Assembly: GCA_038206875.1 (NCBI GenBank)
Contig: JBBRAK010000007.1
Span: 1-60,073, forward strand
DNA from: Candidatus Saccharimonadales bacterium
Lineage (GTDB): Bacteria > Patescibacteriota > Saccharimonadia > Saccharimonadales > JBBQAJ01
Length of the DNA stretch: 60,073 nucleotides
Direction of reading: 5' to 3'
Position numbers and translations under genes: made by a program. The notes under the pieces were generated by a model that saw only the letters and a list, made by a program, of their open reading frames with translations, made no database searches and was not told where the DNA came from. This document shows, in pieces, positions 19,357-29,537 of the stretch (its first letter is position 1; the number at the start of each line of letters is the position of its first letter).

Positions 19357-20028
19357 CTATAGACTAAATTTTAAAGTTTTGGTAATCATAGTGTCAAAAT
19401 CTGCAAGTACATCTGGGTAGCCAGAATTTTGAAAATACGTAGCAACGTAAGTTCGGTTGGTGTTTGCCACAAAAATATATCTGACAACTTTAGTTCCATC
19501 AGGTAATCCACCAGGTCCTTCAGTGGCGTTTTGCCCCTGAGCAGTCCCAACGATTCGGCTTCCTTGAATACCATCAACTGCTAAAACCACTGAACTAATT
19601 CCCGTGTAAAAATCCGGATTGAGTGCATATTCGTCATCCTGGTTCCCTGGCGCCGACGAAACATTCATTTGTCCAAATGACTCCGAAGCACACTTCCCGA
19701 CACTTGCGCTATTGCCACCGAACAACACAAGTCCTTCACTACACAATTCTGGCGAACTTGCGGTTACCCAAGTTTTGGGGTGCTTTAGCGTAAATATTCC
19801 TGGCGTATTTGTATAAGTAACCCAATCAGTTGTAGGGTCGCTACTTGTCTTGGATGTATCTTTTTTGTCAGATTTTTGGGGATCAGTTTGAGAATTTGCA
19901 GATTTGTCATATGAATCACTTGATTTGTTGCCGGCCTTCCATACGTACCAGCCTGTACCACCTATCAATCCAAGTATCAGTAACAGTAGTAGTAATTGTG
20001 TAATTGCAAAACCACGTTGATTTTTCAT
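19357..20028 (-). CDS. Prepilin-like-leader membrane protein with PsbP-like domain
   Basis: MKNQRG|FAITQLLLL... then a linker and WVTYTN..FTLKHPKTW...FDTMITKTLKF. Confidence 0.6.
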   Translation of the reverse strand: MKNQRGFAITQLLLLLLILGLIGGTGWYVWKAGNKSSDSYDKSANSQTDPQKSDKKDTSKTSSDPTTDWVTYTNTPGIFTLKHPKTWVTASSPELCSEGLVLFGGNSASVGKCASESFGQMNVSSAPGNQDDEYALNPDFYTGISSVVLAVDGIQGSRIVGTAQGQNATEGPGGLPDGTKVVRYIFVANTNRTYVATYFQNSGYPDVLADFDTMITKTLKFSL

Positions 20029-20118
20029 AATCCCCAGACCCCCCATTTATAACTACATTATGATTCATTGCTAATAACTTGCAAGTGGTATCACTAGATT
20101 TTGATGTTAGGGGTTTTA

Positions 20119-20276
20119 CTGGACTAACCCAAATCTCCCCCATCCCCAGACCAAATAATCTCGGCTGGTAGTGGTCTGCCTTCTCTCTATGTACCAACAG
20201 GTACCTATCCTTCAGACAAACCACTCCCAACTCGAGCTAATTTAACCTTGGAACGGGCGATTTTGCGTAAGTCCAG
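20119..20276. mobile_element. Putative MITE (158 bp) with imperfect terminal inverted repeats and TA on both flanks
   Basis: Left TA|CTGGACTAACCCAAATCTCCC; right end reverse-complemented TA|CTGGACTTACGCAAAATCGCCC. No transposase inside. Confidence 0.6.
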
Positions 20277-20325
20277 TATAAGTGTATAATCATCTGAATA
20301 TACACGGCCAAGAAGAAAGTAGCAG

Positions 20326-21345
20326 ATGTCCAAATCCGTAAAAAATTACAAGATTGGTACCCTAGGTAGCCATTCTGCGCTGCAAATTCTTAAAGGTGCT
20401 CGTGATGAAGGCTTCCCAAACATTGTTTACTGTTTAGATACGTCTTCGGTACCATATCGTTCTTATAAAGTAGCCGACAAAATTGTCGAACTCAAAAAAT
20501 ATTCAGACATCAAAACTCACGAACAACAGATGATCGATGACAGTGTAATCCTGATTCCTCACGGATCGTATTTTGATGCTTATGGACTAGAGGCATTGAA
20601 TAAATCTAATGTGATGTATTTTGGCAACAAAAAGATTTTGGCTCTGGAGGAAGACAGAGGTTTGCAACGCGACTGGTTGGCCCAGGCCGGGCTGACACTG
20701 CCAAAAATATACAAAAACTTCAAAGACATTGATGGTCCGGTTATTATAAAGTTTTTTGGAGCTAAAGGTGGCAAAGGATACTTTTTGGTCAAAAGTCCAG
20801 ATGAGTTTGAGCGTAAAATCAAAGACCATCCAAACCAGCGCTATATAATTCAACAGTATGTGGTGGGCGCTCCATTGTATATCCACTATTTCTATTCACC
20901 GCTTACTAAAGAGTTAGAGATTATGAGTCTGGATAGACGTTATGAAACAAATGTTGATTCGATAGGCAGAATAAGCGCCAAAGACCAGATGGATTTGAAC
21001 ATTGAGTCTTCCTACAACATCATGGGAAATTTGACAGTTGTAGTGCGTGAATCATTGTTGCCGAAAATGTTTGCTATGGGTGAAGCAGTTGTAAAAGCTT
21101 CGCAGGAGCTGGTAGATAGAGGTTTGTTTGGTCCGTTTTGTTTAGAAACAATCGTTACGCCCGATTTGGAGTTTTACGTGTTTGAAATTTCTGCCCGGAT
21201 TGTAGCCGGAACTAATCCGTATATCAAAGGCTCCCCCTACACTGATTTGCGCTATGATGAACCTATGAGTACCGGACGCAGGGTTGCAAGAGAAATCAAA
21301 AATGCAATTGATGAAGACAGGCTCAGCGAGGTTCTAAGTGATTGA
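20326..21345 (+). CDS. purP: Formate-dependent FAICAR synthetase (PurP, ATP-grasp), paralogue 1
   Basis: IGTLGSHSALQILKGARDEGF, IPHGS, GAKGGKGYF, DRRYE, GPFCLE and FEISARIVAGTN motifs. Confidence 0.9.
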   Translation: MSKSVKNYKIGTLGSHSALQILKGARDEGFPNIVYCLDTSSVPYRSYKVADKIVELKKYSDIKTHEQQMIDDSVILIPHGSYFDAYGLEALNKSNVMYFGNKKILALEEDRGLQRDWLAQAGLTLPKIYKNFKDIDGPVIIKFFGAKGGKGYFLVKSPDEFERKIKDHPNQRYIIQQYVVGAPLYIHYFYSPLTKELEIMSLDRRYETNVDSIGRISAKDQMDLNIESSYNIMGNLTVVVRESLLPKMFAMGEAVVKASQELVDRGLFGPFCLETIVTPDLEFYVFEISARIVAGTNPYIKGSPYTDLRYDEPMSTGRRVAREIKNAIDEDRLSEVLSD

Positions 21346-22456
21346 TGTCCAAAAAATACTTGAGGGGTACGACCATAGTAATATTCGTATCGGTTCACTT
21401 GGTGGGCACAGCGCATTGGACATATGTAGGGGTGCCAAAAACGAAGGTTTTGAGACAGTTGTTGTAGCACAAAAAGGTCGCGAAGACACTTATTCTAAGC
21501 ACTACAAAACTAGGGGGCAAAAAGGTTGTGTCGATAATGTGATATTGGTAGATAAATTTTCTGATGTCACAAAACCTGAAATCCAAGAACAGCTACGAAA
21601 GCTAAATGTAATCTTTATCCACAGCAGGTATTTCTGGGTTTATTGTCACTACAAAGAAGTAGAAAATAGTTTCAATGTGCCAATTTTTGGCAACCGACAG
21701 TTAGTGCGCAAAGAAGAGCGTAATGAAGAAAAAAACCAATATTATCTGCTCAAGCAGGCAGGCATAAGCATCCCCAAGCAGTTCGCTAGCCCGAGTGACA
21801 TTGACCGCCTAGTTTTCATAAAAGCTGCCGAGGCATCTCGTGGTTATGAAAGAGCATTTTTCCTCGCAAGCAGTGAAAAAGAGTATCTTGAGGAATCTAA
21901 AAAGTTGATTGACCAAGGAGTAATTACTGCGCAGTCGCTGAAGGAAGCGGTAATAGAAGAATTTGTGGTGGGGCCTCAGTTGAATCTAAACTATTTCTAT
22001 TCCCCGCTTGACGATGAGGTAGAACTCATGGGTACTGATACTAGACGGCAGACAAACATTGACGGTTTGTTGCGGCTCACGGCACCAGAGCAAACAGAGG
22101 TTTTGAAACATGTGCGTCCAAAATATATCGAAAACGGTCACCAGGCCGTGACTATCAAAGAATCTTTACTGGAAAAAGCATATAAAGCCGGAGAAGCATT
22201 TGTTAGTTCTGTCCAAAAACACTATCCACCCGGAATGATTGGACCATTTGCCTTGCAGGGAGCCATTACTGCTGGCCCACCTGCTGAAGAGTTGCTTGTT
22301 TTTGATGTTAGCATGCGAATCCCTGGTAGTCCTGGCACGCAGTTCACCCCATACTCTGGTTATTTGCATGGTGAAAATATGAGTTATGGTCGTAGAATTG
22401 CCCAGGAGATCAAACGAGGCGTCAAAGACAACCGTTTGGAAGAGCTTTTAACTTAA
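21338..22456 (+). CDS. purP: PurP-like ATP-grasp protein, paralogue 2 (DUF1297/DUF1246)
   Basis: GGHSALDICRGAKNEGF, ERAFF, DTRRQTNIDG, IKESLLE, GPFALQ and FDVSMRIPGSPG motifs. Confidence 0.85.
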   Translation: MIDVQKILEGYDHSNIRIGSLGGHSALDICRGAKNEGFETVVVAQKGREDTYSKHYKTRGQKGCVDNVILVDKFSDVTKPEIQEQLRKLNVIFIHSRYFWVYCHYKEVENSFNVPIFGNRQLVRKEERNEEKNQYYLLKQAGISIPKQFASPSDIDRLVFIKAAEASRGYERAFFLASSEKEYLEESKKLIDQGVITAQSLKEAVIEEFVVGPQLNLNYFYSPLDDEVELMGTDTRRQTNIDGLLRLTAPEQTEVLKHVRPKYIENGHQAVTIKESLLEKAYKAGEAFVSSVQKHYPPGMIGPFALQGAITAGPPAEELLVFDVSMRIPGSPGTQFTPYSGYLHGENMSYGRRIAQEIKRGVKDNRLEELLT

Positions 22457-22469
22457 CTCAGGTGCGTGC

Positions 22470-23786
22470 TTAGCGAACGATAGTATCGGCGCCTGCCGGT
22501 CCAGTGCCGATGATTGTTACGGGTACGCCGACAAAATCTTCTATAAATTCAATAATGTTTTGGATTTCTTGATTTAGATTTTCAAACTTTGTAACCCCTT
22601 TTATATCACCGCCCGTAGGCATTTTATGATATATGGGTTCGGCTCGACTCAATTCTTCTGCCGAGCTTGGCAAAGTTGTTGTCTCCTTGCCGTCTATGGA
22701 ATATGCTGTTGCAATATTTGTATATGGTTCTTTGTTTAGCACATCAGCTTTTGTGAGGGCAATCTCATCGATGCCGTTAATTGCCACGGCTTCTTTTAAG
22801 AGAACTAAGTCCATGTATCCAATGTCTCGCGGTCTTTTGGTGGTTTTGCCAAACTCACCGTCTACACTTTTGACATTTCCTCTGTAAAGTTCGGCGATTT
22901 TATCATCTGCAATTTTGGTGACAAATGGCCCGCCACCAACTTTTGATGGTATGGCTTTTACTACACCTATAACTTTTCCAATCTGTTGATGGTTTAAGCC
23001 TACGCCACTTGCAACACCTACAGAGGTAGTTTCAGAAGATGTCACGTAGGGGTATTTGCCGTGGTTTATATCCAGTCCAAAGGCTTGGGCTCCTTCGAGT
23101 AATATATTTTTCCCAGACGCCAGCGTTTCCCGCACGAGGATTTTTGTATTAGTTAGATATGGTTCTATTTCTTTGGCGGCTGTGGCGAATTCAGAGGCTT
23201 GAGATTTGAACAATTTATCAGTTGTGTCGTCGATTTTTACGTTGCTTTCAGCAGCAGTTTGTAGTAAACCATCATATGCAATAGCAGTTAGCTCATCTAT
23301 TGATTTGGCAAATTCGTGCGAACGCAAACCAACACGGAGTACTTTATCAGAAGCCACAAAAGAAATTCCGGATTTGGTACTGCCTTGAGCGGCAGTGCTG
23401 TTTTCCCTAAGACTGTCTAAAAATTTGTGTTTGGGCAAAACTACATGTGCTGTGTTGCTTATAGCTAGGTTCTGGGGGCTGATTTCAATTCCTAGCCCCC
23501 GGACTGTGGTAATTTCTTGTACTAAGTTTACCGGGTCCAAAAACATCCCGTGACCCATGACGTTTAATTTATCTTTGTTAGTAATGCCCGACGGCAGTTG
23601 GTGTGTGTTTACCTCCTGGCCTTTGTACGTAAACGTATGACCAGCGTTTGCCCCGCCTTGGCCTCGACAGACTACATCAAACTCTCCGGAAAGTACGTCT
23701 ATAACTTTGCCCTTTCCTTCATCCCCATATCCAGTTCCGACAATAATTGTGGTGTTGGGTATTTTTTGTTTGATGGTGCTTTGCAT
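22470..23786 (-). CDS. purA: Adenylosuccinate synthetase
   Basis: GDEGKGK, GGANAGHT, EGAQAFGLDINHGKYPYVTSS, TTKRPR, TKAD and GTGP motifs. Confidence 0.92.
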   Translation of the reverse strand: MQSTIKQKIPNTTIIVGTGYGDEGKGKVIDVLSGEFDVVCRGQGGANAGHTFTYKGQEVNTHQLPSGITNKDKLNVMGHGMFLDPVNLVQEITTVRGLGIEISPQNLAISNTAHVVLPKHKFLDSLRENSTAAQGSTKSGISFVASDKVLRVGLRSHEFAKSIDELTAIAYDGLLQTAAESNVKIDDTTDKLFKSQASEFATAAKEIEPYLTNTKILVRETLASGKNILLEGAQAFGLDINHGKYPYVTSSETTSVGVASGVGLNHQQIGKVIGVVKAIPSKVGGGPFVTKIADDKIAELYRGNVKSVDGEFGKTTKRPRDIGYMDLVLLKEAVAINGIDEIALTKADVLNKEPYTNIATAYSIDGKETTTLPSSAEELSRAEPIYHKMPTGGDIKGVTKFENLNQEIQNIIEFIEDFVGVPVTIIGTGPAGADTIVR

Positions 23787-23793
23787 AGAGTCG

Positions 23794-25086
23794 TTAGTAC
23801 CTGTAATGGTCGGCTTTGAAGGGTCCGTTTTTGGTTACTCCCAAATACTTAGCCTGCGAGTCGGTCAGGGGGGTAAGTTCCGCACCCAGGGCTTTTACGT
23901 GGACTGCGGCCACTTTTTCGTCTAGCTCTTTGGGCAGTCGATGTACGCCGATTTCATATTTTTTGGTATACAGTTCAATCTGTGCCAAAACTTGGTTGGA
24001 AAACGAGTTCGACATAACAAATGAGGGATGTCCGGTTGCGTTGCCTAGATTAACTAACCGGCCCTCAGAGAGTACTATGAGCCGTCGACCATTTGGCATG
24101 GAGTAAAGATCTACTTGTGGTTTGATTTCTTTTTTCCCTACACCATCTAGTTCATTGAGTTGCTTTATTTGAATTTCGTGATCGAAATGACCAATGTTAC
24201 ATACAATCGCGGTGTCTTTCATCTGTTGCATGTGTGCAAGGGTGATAATGTCTTTGCATCCAGTTGCTGTTACGAATATATCTGCTTGCGGTGCTGCCTC
24301 ATCCATAGTAACGACTTCATAGCCTTCCATAAGAGCCTGCAAAGCACAGATGGGGTCAATTTCGGTTACTAGAACCCTGCATCCAAAGGCTCGTAGCGAC
24401 TGCGTGCTTCCTTTGCCTACGTCACCGTAACCAGCTACGACTGCGACTTTACCAGCTAACATCACATCAGTAGCTCTTTTGATACCGTCAACGAGGGATT
24501 CTCTACAGCCGTACAGATTGTCAAATTTGGATTTGGTGACACTATCATTTACGTTTATTGCAGGTAGTTTGAGCTTGCCGTCTCTTAGCCATTCATTCAG
24601 TTGTTTTACTCCGGTGGTGGTTTCTTCTGTGATGCCTTTTATCTCTTGTAATAGTTCGGGGTGTTTGTCGTGGACCAGAGCAGAAAGATCACCGCCATCG
24701 TCCAAAATCATGTTTGGCCCCTTGTCTCCGAATGTTAGCGTTTGTTCTACACACCACCAGTATTCATCTTCTGTTTCGCCCTTCCAGGCAAAGACTGGAG
24801 TGCCAGCTACGGCAATGCCGGCCGCGGCGTGGTCTTGGGTGGAAAATATGTTGCATGAAGACCACCGAACTTCAGCGCCAAGCTCCTGCAATGTTTCAAC
24901 GAGCACGGCAGTCTGGATAGTCATATGAATTGAGCCGGCAATTCTGGCGCCTTTGAGAGGTTTGGCAGTGCCAAATTCTTTTCGAAGCGCCATAAGTCCC
25001 GGCATTTCTTTTTCTGCAAGTGTTATTTCGGTTCTGCCCCAATCTGCTAAACCAATATCTTTTACTTTATAGTCATTGTTTGACAT
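23794..25086 (-). CDS. ahcY: Adenosylhomocysteinase
   Basis: [39 protein letters not shown] and [18 protein letters not shown] motifs. Confidence 0.98.
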   Translation of the reverse strand: MSNNDYKVKDIGLADWGRTEITLAEKEMPGLMALRKEFGTAKPLKGARIAGSIHMTIQTAVLVETLQELGAEVRWSSCNIFSTQDHAAAGIAVAGTPVFAWKGETEDEYWWCVEQTLTFGDKGPNMILDDGGDLSALVHDKHPELLQEIKGITEETTTGVKQLNEWLRDGKLKLPAINVNDSVTKSKFDNLYGCRESLVDGIKRATDVMLAGKVAVVAGYGDVGKGSTQSLRAFGCRVLVTEIDPICALQALMEGYEVVTMDEAAPQADIFVTATGCKDIITLAHMQQMKDTAIVCNIGHFDHEIQIKQLNELDGVGKKEIKPQVDLYSMPNGRRLIVLSEGRLVNLGNATGHPSFVMSNSFSNQVLAQIELYTKKYEIGVHRLPKELDEKVAAVHVKALGAELTPLTDSQAKYLGVTKNGPFKADHYRY

Positions 25087-26037
25087 CTATAGTTCTATCT
25101 CCTGATTAAATGTTAATTTGTACCGCGCTATAACTTCTGCTTTGGTGTATATTGCCTGTGTCCCGTGAATCTGTACTGCAAATGATGCCAAAACAGCTCC
25201 TAGCTGTCCACACTTAACCAGCTCCCATTGTCGCAAGTATCCATACAAAAAGCCAGCTCTATAGGCGTCACCAGCACCACTGGGGTCAACTGCTTTGGTG
25301 GGTTTTGCGATGCCGATTTTTATGGGAGATTTGACAGACGACCCTTCAATGATTGATCCATTTCTGCCCAAAGTTGTCACAACTACCGGGGTTTTTGATT
25401 TGATTTCGTCAGCTTTTTGGCCAGTACGCGCGCAAAATACACCGAACTCATAGTCGTTCAACATTAGTATTTCGGCGACCTGTGCACCTGAGGAAAGATT
25501 GTCTTTGGACAAACTACTCACTTGTTGACCGGGGTCGTAGAGAGTTCGGATGTTGAACTTCTCAGCCTCTTTTATTTGTGCCTGCATAGTTTCGGGGTCA
25601 TGTGCTGATATGCTGATAAAAACCTCTTGCCCTGCCCATTGTTTTAAACTCAAAGATTTTGAATCGGCCATAGCGCCAGTATAAAAACCACCTACTTGGT
25701 TGTGGTCGATGTCGGTTATTACGTTGAAGGTGGCTGTTGGTAGTTTGCTACGGTGTATATAATCTGTATTTACGCCCTTTTTTGACAAGTTATTGATATA
25801 GTTTTCCGCGTCTGGACCGGCCGAGCCATACAGAATTGGGCTTTCATCCAGGCTGGCGTAATTGTAGGCAATATTTGCTCCAACACCTCCATGCGTGTCA
25901 TGAACTTCGTCAAGCAATACGCTAAGCGAGAGAACATGCAGTTTTTGCGGATGAATCATATCAGCATATTTACCCGAAAAATTCATAATTCGGTCTATGG
26001 CTATTGATCCACATATAACCAGTTTTGGGGTAGGCAT
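25087..26037 (-). CDS. PfkB family kinase, adenosine kinase-like
   Basis: GSIAID, GGVGANIA, DPGQQ, NDYE and DPSGAGDAYRAG motifs; directly upstream of ahcY. Confidence 0.85.
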   Translation of the reverse strand: MPTPKLVICGSIAIDRIMNFSGKYADMIHPQKLHVLSLSVLLDEVHDTHGGVGANIAYNYASLDESPILYGSAGPDAENYINNLSKKGVNTDYIHRSKLPTATFNVITDIDHNQVGGFYTGAMADSKSLSLKQWAGQEVFISISAHDPETMQAQIKEAEKFNIRTLYDPGQQVSSLSKDNLSSGAQVAEILMLNDYEFGVFCARTGQKADEIKSKTPVVVTTLGRNGSIIEGSSVKSPIKIGIAKPTKAVDPSGAGDAYRAGFLYGYLRQWELVKCGQLGAVLASFAVQIHGTQAIYTKAEVIARYKLTFNQEIEL

Positions 26038-26090
26038 TAGACATTGATTATATAGGATTTTCGCGCATTTAGAACTTATTCAGTCACGCT

Positions 26091-26471
26091 TTAGTCGTCA
26101 AGTGAGGAAATAATATTCGGTAAATCTGCTGGAAGTATGTCAGATTTGATTAGGTAGCCATCTGCTCCGTTACCTATGGCGCTATCTGTGACACTGCGCT
26201 CAGCTAAATTCGTTAGCACTATAATGTCGGTTTTTTGACAGCCGTGGACGGGGTTTGTTCGAAGTTCCTTCAGAATATCAAGTCCTGAAAGTCCCGGCAG
26301 CATGATATCGAGTAAGATTAAGTCTGGTTTAAAATTTTGTAATTTGCGGAATACTTCATCAGAATTTATGGCAACATCTACAATATACTGGCTGTTTACC
26401 AGCGTAGTCCTGTAGAGTTCGCGAATCATTACATCATCTTCTACTAGAAGTATTTTTTTTGATCCAGCCAT
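26091..26471 (-). CDS. Single-domain response regulator
   Basis: LLVEDD, LLDIMLPGLSG, LTN and YLIKS motifs. Confidence 0.93.
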   Translation of the reverse strand: MAGSKKILLVEDDVMIRELYRTTLVNSQYIVDVAINSDEVFRKLQNFKPDLILLDIMLPGLSGLDILKELRTNPVHGCQKTDIIVLTNLAERSVTDSAIGNGADGYLIKSDILPADLPNIISSLDD

Positions 26472-28716
26472 GGATGCCTACCGTCTCCTTTTCTTTTGAA
26501 ATTAACTCGGAATGCTTCAATGGGTCAAAAATTGGTAAGGTGAAATAAAAAGTTGAGCCTTTTTCTGGATTTGGCTCAAGCCCAATTTTGCCGTGATGTA
26601 AGTCCATAATTGTTTTTGAGATGTATAGACCAAGCCCAGTCCCGCGGTTGCCAGCGACTAGGCTTCTTTCTACTCTATAGAACTTTGTAAATAGTCTGGA
26701 CCGTAGTGCTGGGGGTATGCCTGGTCCATTATCTACAACTTCAACTCGGACTTCGTCTTTGTTCGTCAGCAAGTTGACATGTACTGTGCCACCGGTGTCG
26801 GTGAACTTTAGAGCATTTCCGATAAGGTTGTTTAAAACCTCTCTCAGTGATGAGGAATCACCGGGTACGTATACATATTTGGATGCGCTCGGGTTAAAAA
26901 CTATATGTTGTTCTCTTAGCGTGGCTGTGGTGCTTTGCTGAGTAACTACTTCTTTTGCCAAACGTTGCAAATCAATTTTACTGATGATTATTTCCATTTC
27001 GCCTCGTTCTATACGCGATATGTTTAGCAGGTTGTTTATCAATATGCTCAACTGGTCAGTACCAACAATAGCTTTTTGCAGATTTTCTATGTTATATATC
27101 GACAATTGACGTATGGCATCGGTGTTTAGGAGGTTTAAATATCCACGAACTACAGTAAGCGGTGTTCGGAGTTCATGGGCGGCAATTGCAACAAAATCTA
27201 ACTTCATGACATCAAGCTCTCGGCCGGGCGTTAAGTCATGGATTGTAATAATCGCGGCAACTTCACTTTCTTTGCGGTCAAGAACCGAAACCACCAAATC
27301 GAGATAGGACACATCGTCGCCGTGTGGCAATACTAAGTCGGTGTAGTGATCCAATCCTTGCTTCTCTAAGTTTGGAATAAATTGTTTACCATCACGTACC
27401 CAGAGAAAATAGTCAGACATTAATTTGCCAGTTAGGCTTTCCGCTTGTTTCCCAATCAATCTGGCTGCTGGTGGATTAATGGAAATTATCTCGCCGTTTT
27501 GGTTAAGTGCTATTACGCCGTCACTTACGCTCCGGAGTATGCTATTTAATTTGGTTTGCTCAACAATCAAATTGATGTTTTTTGTCTTTAGATCACCAAC
27601 TAGTTTTTTGATACTATAGCCCATATTGTTGAAGGTGCCTGCCAGGTCCTGAAGCTCATCATCGCTTTTTAAGGTAATCGTTTGGCTAAAATCACCACTC
27701 CCAAATTTTTTCGCACCGAGTGATAGCTTTTTGATTGGGTCGAGAAGTTGCTTTCTAAACGCTAGACTGAGCAAAATAGAGAAAACTACCGCACCAAGTA
27801 TTACGGCAGTAGAAATTTTAATAAATGCGAGTATGCCACCATAGATACTGGACACTGGCTCTTCGACAATCACCGCCCAGCTGCTTTGTGTCAACTTTCT
27901 TGGGGTACTAATAACTTGCGTACCAGTTTCGGAAGTTGTTTCATGTGTTTCGATATTATTATGAATAAAATCTTGTACTGACTGTACGTTGTTAAGTTTT
28001 TGGTTTTTTACTAGAAAATTCTTATCTGGATGGGCAACCAAGTTGCCTAACCCATCAACGACATATGCATATCCACCTACACCTATTTTTGTAGACAAAA
28101 CTGATTCCCACAAATTACTAATATTATATTTTGCTACAATAACGCCCTGTATATCTTCCGGTTTATTGTATTCTCCAAACTCAACGTGATCTGAGGCTGA
28201 CGTATCCTTGGTGATTTTGGATTTAAGAATTGGAACAGCAATTGTTATCTGTGGTTCACTGTTTTCGTTATAGCTAACCGAGCTTACGTATTCTTTCCCA
28301 GATAGAAACCCTACAGCTTTATATGCGTCGCTTCTAGATTGATCGGTATAATTTTGCAGTTGACCAGTTTTGTTGAAAATAATTTCTTCCATCCCTTTTG
28401 CGCCTAGTACGGATACTTGCTCTAAGTCAGAGTCTTGTTTTATGAGCACTGCAAACTTTAGTTGTGAATTTGATTTGTTTTGAATTTCCGTGGAGTATAT
28501 TCGTGACTGATAAAACAAAACATTTATTTTACCTGCCAAATAGTTATCCACACTTTCGGCAGTCGATTCTGCTACGGTTTGTTGTCGGGAACTAGCAGAT
28601 TTGAGAAGAAGTGATCGGGCCGAACTTAGTAGTACAAAATTCACCACAAACAGAGGTATAATTGAGATTATTACAAAATATATCAATACCTTGGAAGAGA
28701 TTTTCATCCTAAGCAT
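26434..28716 (-). CDS. Sensor histidine kinase (Cache-HAMP-PAS-HisKA-HATPase)
   Basis: Two TM segments, YAYVVDGLGNLVAHPD (Cache), HAMP, PAS, AHELRTPL, NLIGNALKF, DNGPGI and GTGLGL. Confidence 0.94.
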   Translation of the reverse strand: MLRMKISSKVLIYFVIISIIPLFVVNFVLLSSARSLLLKSASSRQQTVAESTAESVDNYLAGKINVLFYQSRIYSTEIQNKSNSQLKFAVLIKQDSDLEQVSVLGAKGMEEIIFNKTGQLQNYTDQSRSDAYKAVGFLSGKEYVSSVSYNENSEPQITIAVPILKSKITKDTSASDHVEFGEYNKPEDIQGVIVAKYNISNLWESVLSTKIGVGGYAYVVDGLGNLVAHPDKNFLVKNQKLNNVQSVQDFIHNNIETHETTSETGTQVISTPRKLTQSSWAVIVEEPVSSIYGGILAFIKISTAVILGAVVFSILLSLAFRKQLLDPIKKLSLGAKKFGSGDFSQTITLKSDDELQDLAGTFNNMGYSIKKLVGDLKTKNINLIVEQTKLNSILRSVSDGVIALNQNGEIISINPPAARLIGKQAESLTGKLMSDYFLWVRDGKQFIPNLEKQGLDHYTDLVLPHGDDVSYLDLVVSVLDRKESEVAAIITIHDLTPGRELDVMKLDFVAIAAHELRTPLTVVRGYLNLLNTDAIRQLSIYNIENLQKAIVGTDQLSILINNLLNISRIERGEMEIIISKIDLQRLAKEVVTQQSTTATLREQHIVFNPSASKYVYVPGDSSSLREVLNNLIGNALKFTDTGGTVHVNLLTNKDEVRVEVVDNGPGIPPALRSRLFTKFYRVERSLVAGNRGTGLGLYISKTIMDLHHGKIGLEPNPEKGSTFYFTLPIFDPLKHSELISKEKETVGIHGWIKKNTSSRR

Positions 28717-28764
28717 TTTTAGCTATTCCTAATCCGGGTATAATAAAACGAGCGACTAAAAGTC

Positions 28765-28794
28765 TTGACAGAGGAACACATTACTTATTATGCT
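28765..28794 (+). promoter_or_regulatory. Sigma70 promoter TTGACA-N18-TATGCT
   Basis: Perfect -35; the -10 ends 7 nt before ATG 28802 (leaderless arrangement). Confidence 0.65.
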
Positions 28795-28801
28795 AATGCT
28801 T

Positions 28802-29518
28802 ATGGATAAAGAAAACAACACCAATTTAGGCGGAAACAACGAAAATCAAAATACGGGAAGTGCTCAATCAACAAATCAAACAAGTTCTAACTTCGGCAGG
28901 ACAAACTTTTCTGGCTCATCTTCACCAGAAAATAGCTCGCCAAAACCAATAACTTCATCTAAAAAATCGAAAAAGATGAGCGCAAAATTACTTTTTGTTC
29001 TAGTGGTATTTATATTATCTATAGGTGCAGGAACTGCGGGCGGGTATTATCTTGGCAAGGGCAAAAAAGAGGTCGCTCAACCGGCTGTCGCGACGCCAAA
29101 ACCAATTAGTCTACCGCCAGAGGCTATTGTTACTGCCGAGTGTGTTCCTGGTCGTGGCAAACAGTACATTATTCCAAAAGATATACCTCAAGGCCCAATT
29201 TACGATGTGAACGGCGACAAAGTAATCGCCATTGAGTACTCGGTTAGTATTGGCGAATTACTATATTCACAATCGAGCACGTTTTCAGACCTAATTTTAT
29301 CGTTAACAAAAGAATACCCCGTAGATCATTTCTCGGTAATTCCGGAACAATCAACGTCAGCAGATCTAGCTGCGCAACAAGTGCATTTGATTATGTTTGT
29401 TGTATCGAAGGATGAATCAAATAGCATAACTTGTGGAATAGATCCTGCAGTCCTAAAACAACAGGCAGAAGAAGCTCAAAAAGCACTTCAAGCTCAGCAA
29501 GCCAAGCAAACTCCATAA
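28802..29518 (+). CDS. Hypothetical single-TM protein
   Basis: Long ORF with disordered N-terminus, TM segment and a CVPGRG...GPIY...IAIEY domain. Confidence 0.7.
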   Translation: MDKENNTNLGGNNENQNTGSAQSTNQTSSNFGRTNFSGSSSPENSSPKPITSSKKSKKMSAKLLFVLVVFILSIGAGTAGGYYLGKGKKEVAQPAVATPKPISLPPEAIVTAECVPGRGKQYIIPKDIPQGPIYDVNGDKVIAIEYSVSIGELLYSQSSTFSDLILSLTKEYPVDHFSVIPEQSTSADLAAQQVHLIMFVVSKDESNSITCGIDPAVLKQQAEEAQKALQAQQAKQTP

Positions 29519-29537
29519 TAAAATTAAAGCTGAATAT

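Noticed and set aside
20047..20325. ZMP/ZTP riboswitch upstream of purP
   Set aside because: No consensus seen; the region is better explained by the MITE, and the -10 box leaves only a ~30-nt leader.
22470..23786. Divergent PurA as a possible PurZ (diaminopurine pathway)
   Set aside because: The catalytic Asp in GDEGKG is retained (PurZ has Ser there), and no dATPase or phage context is present.
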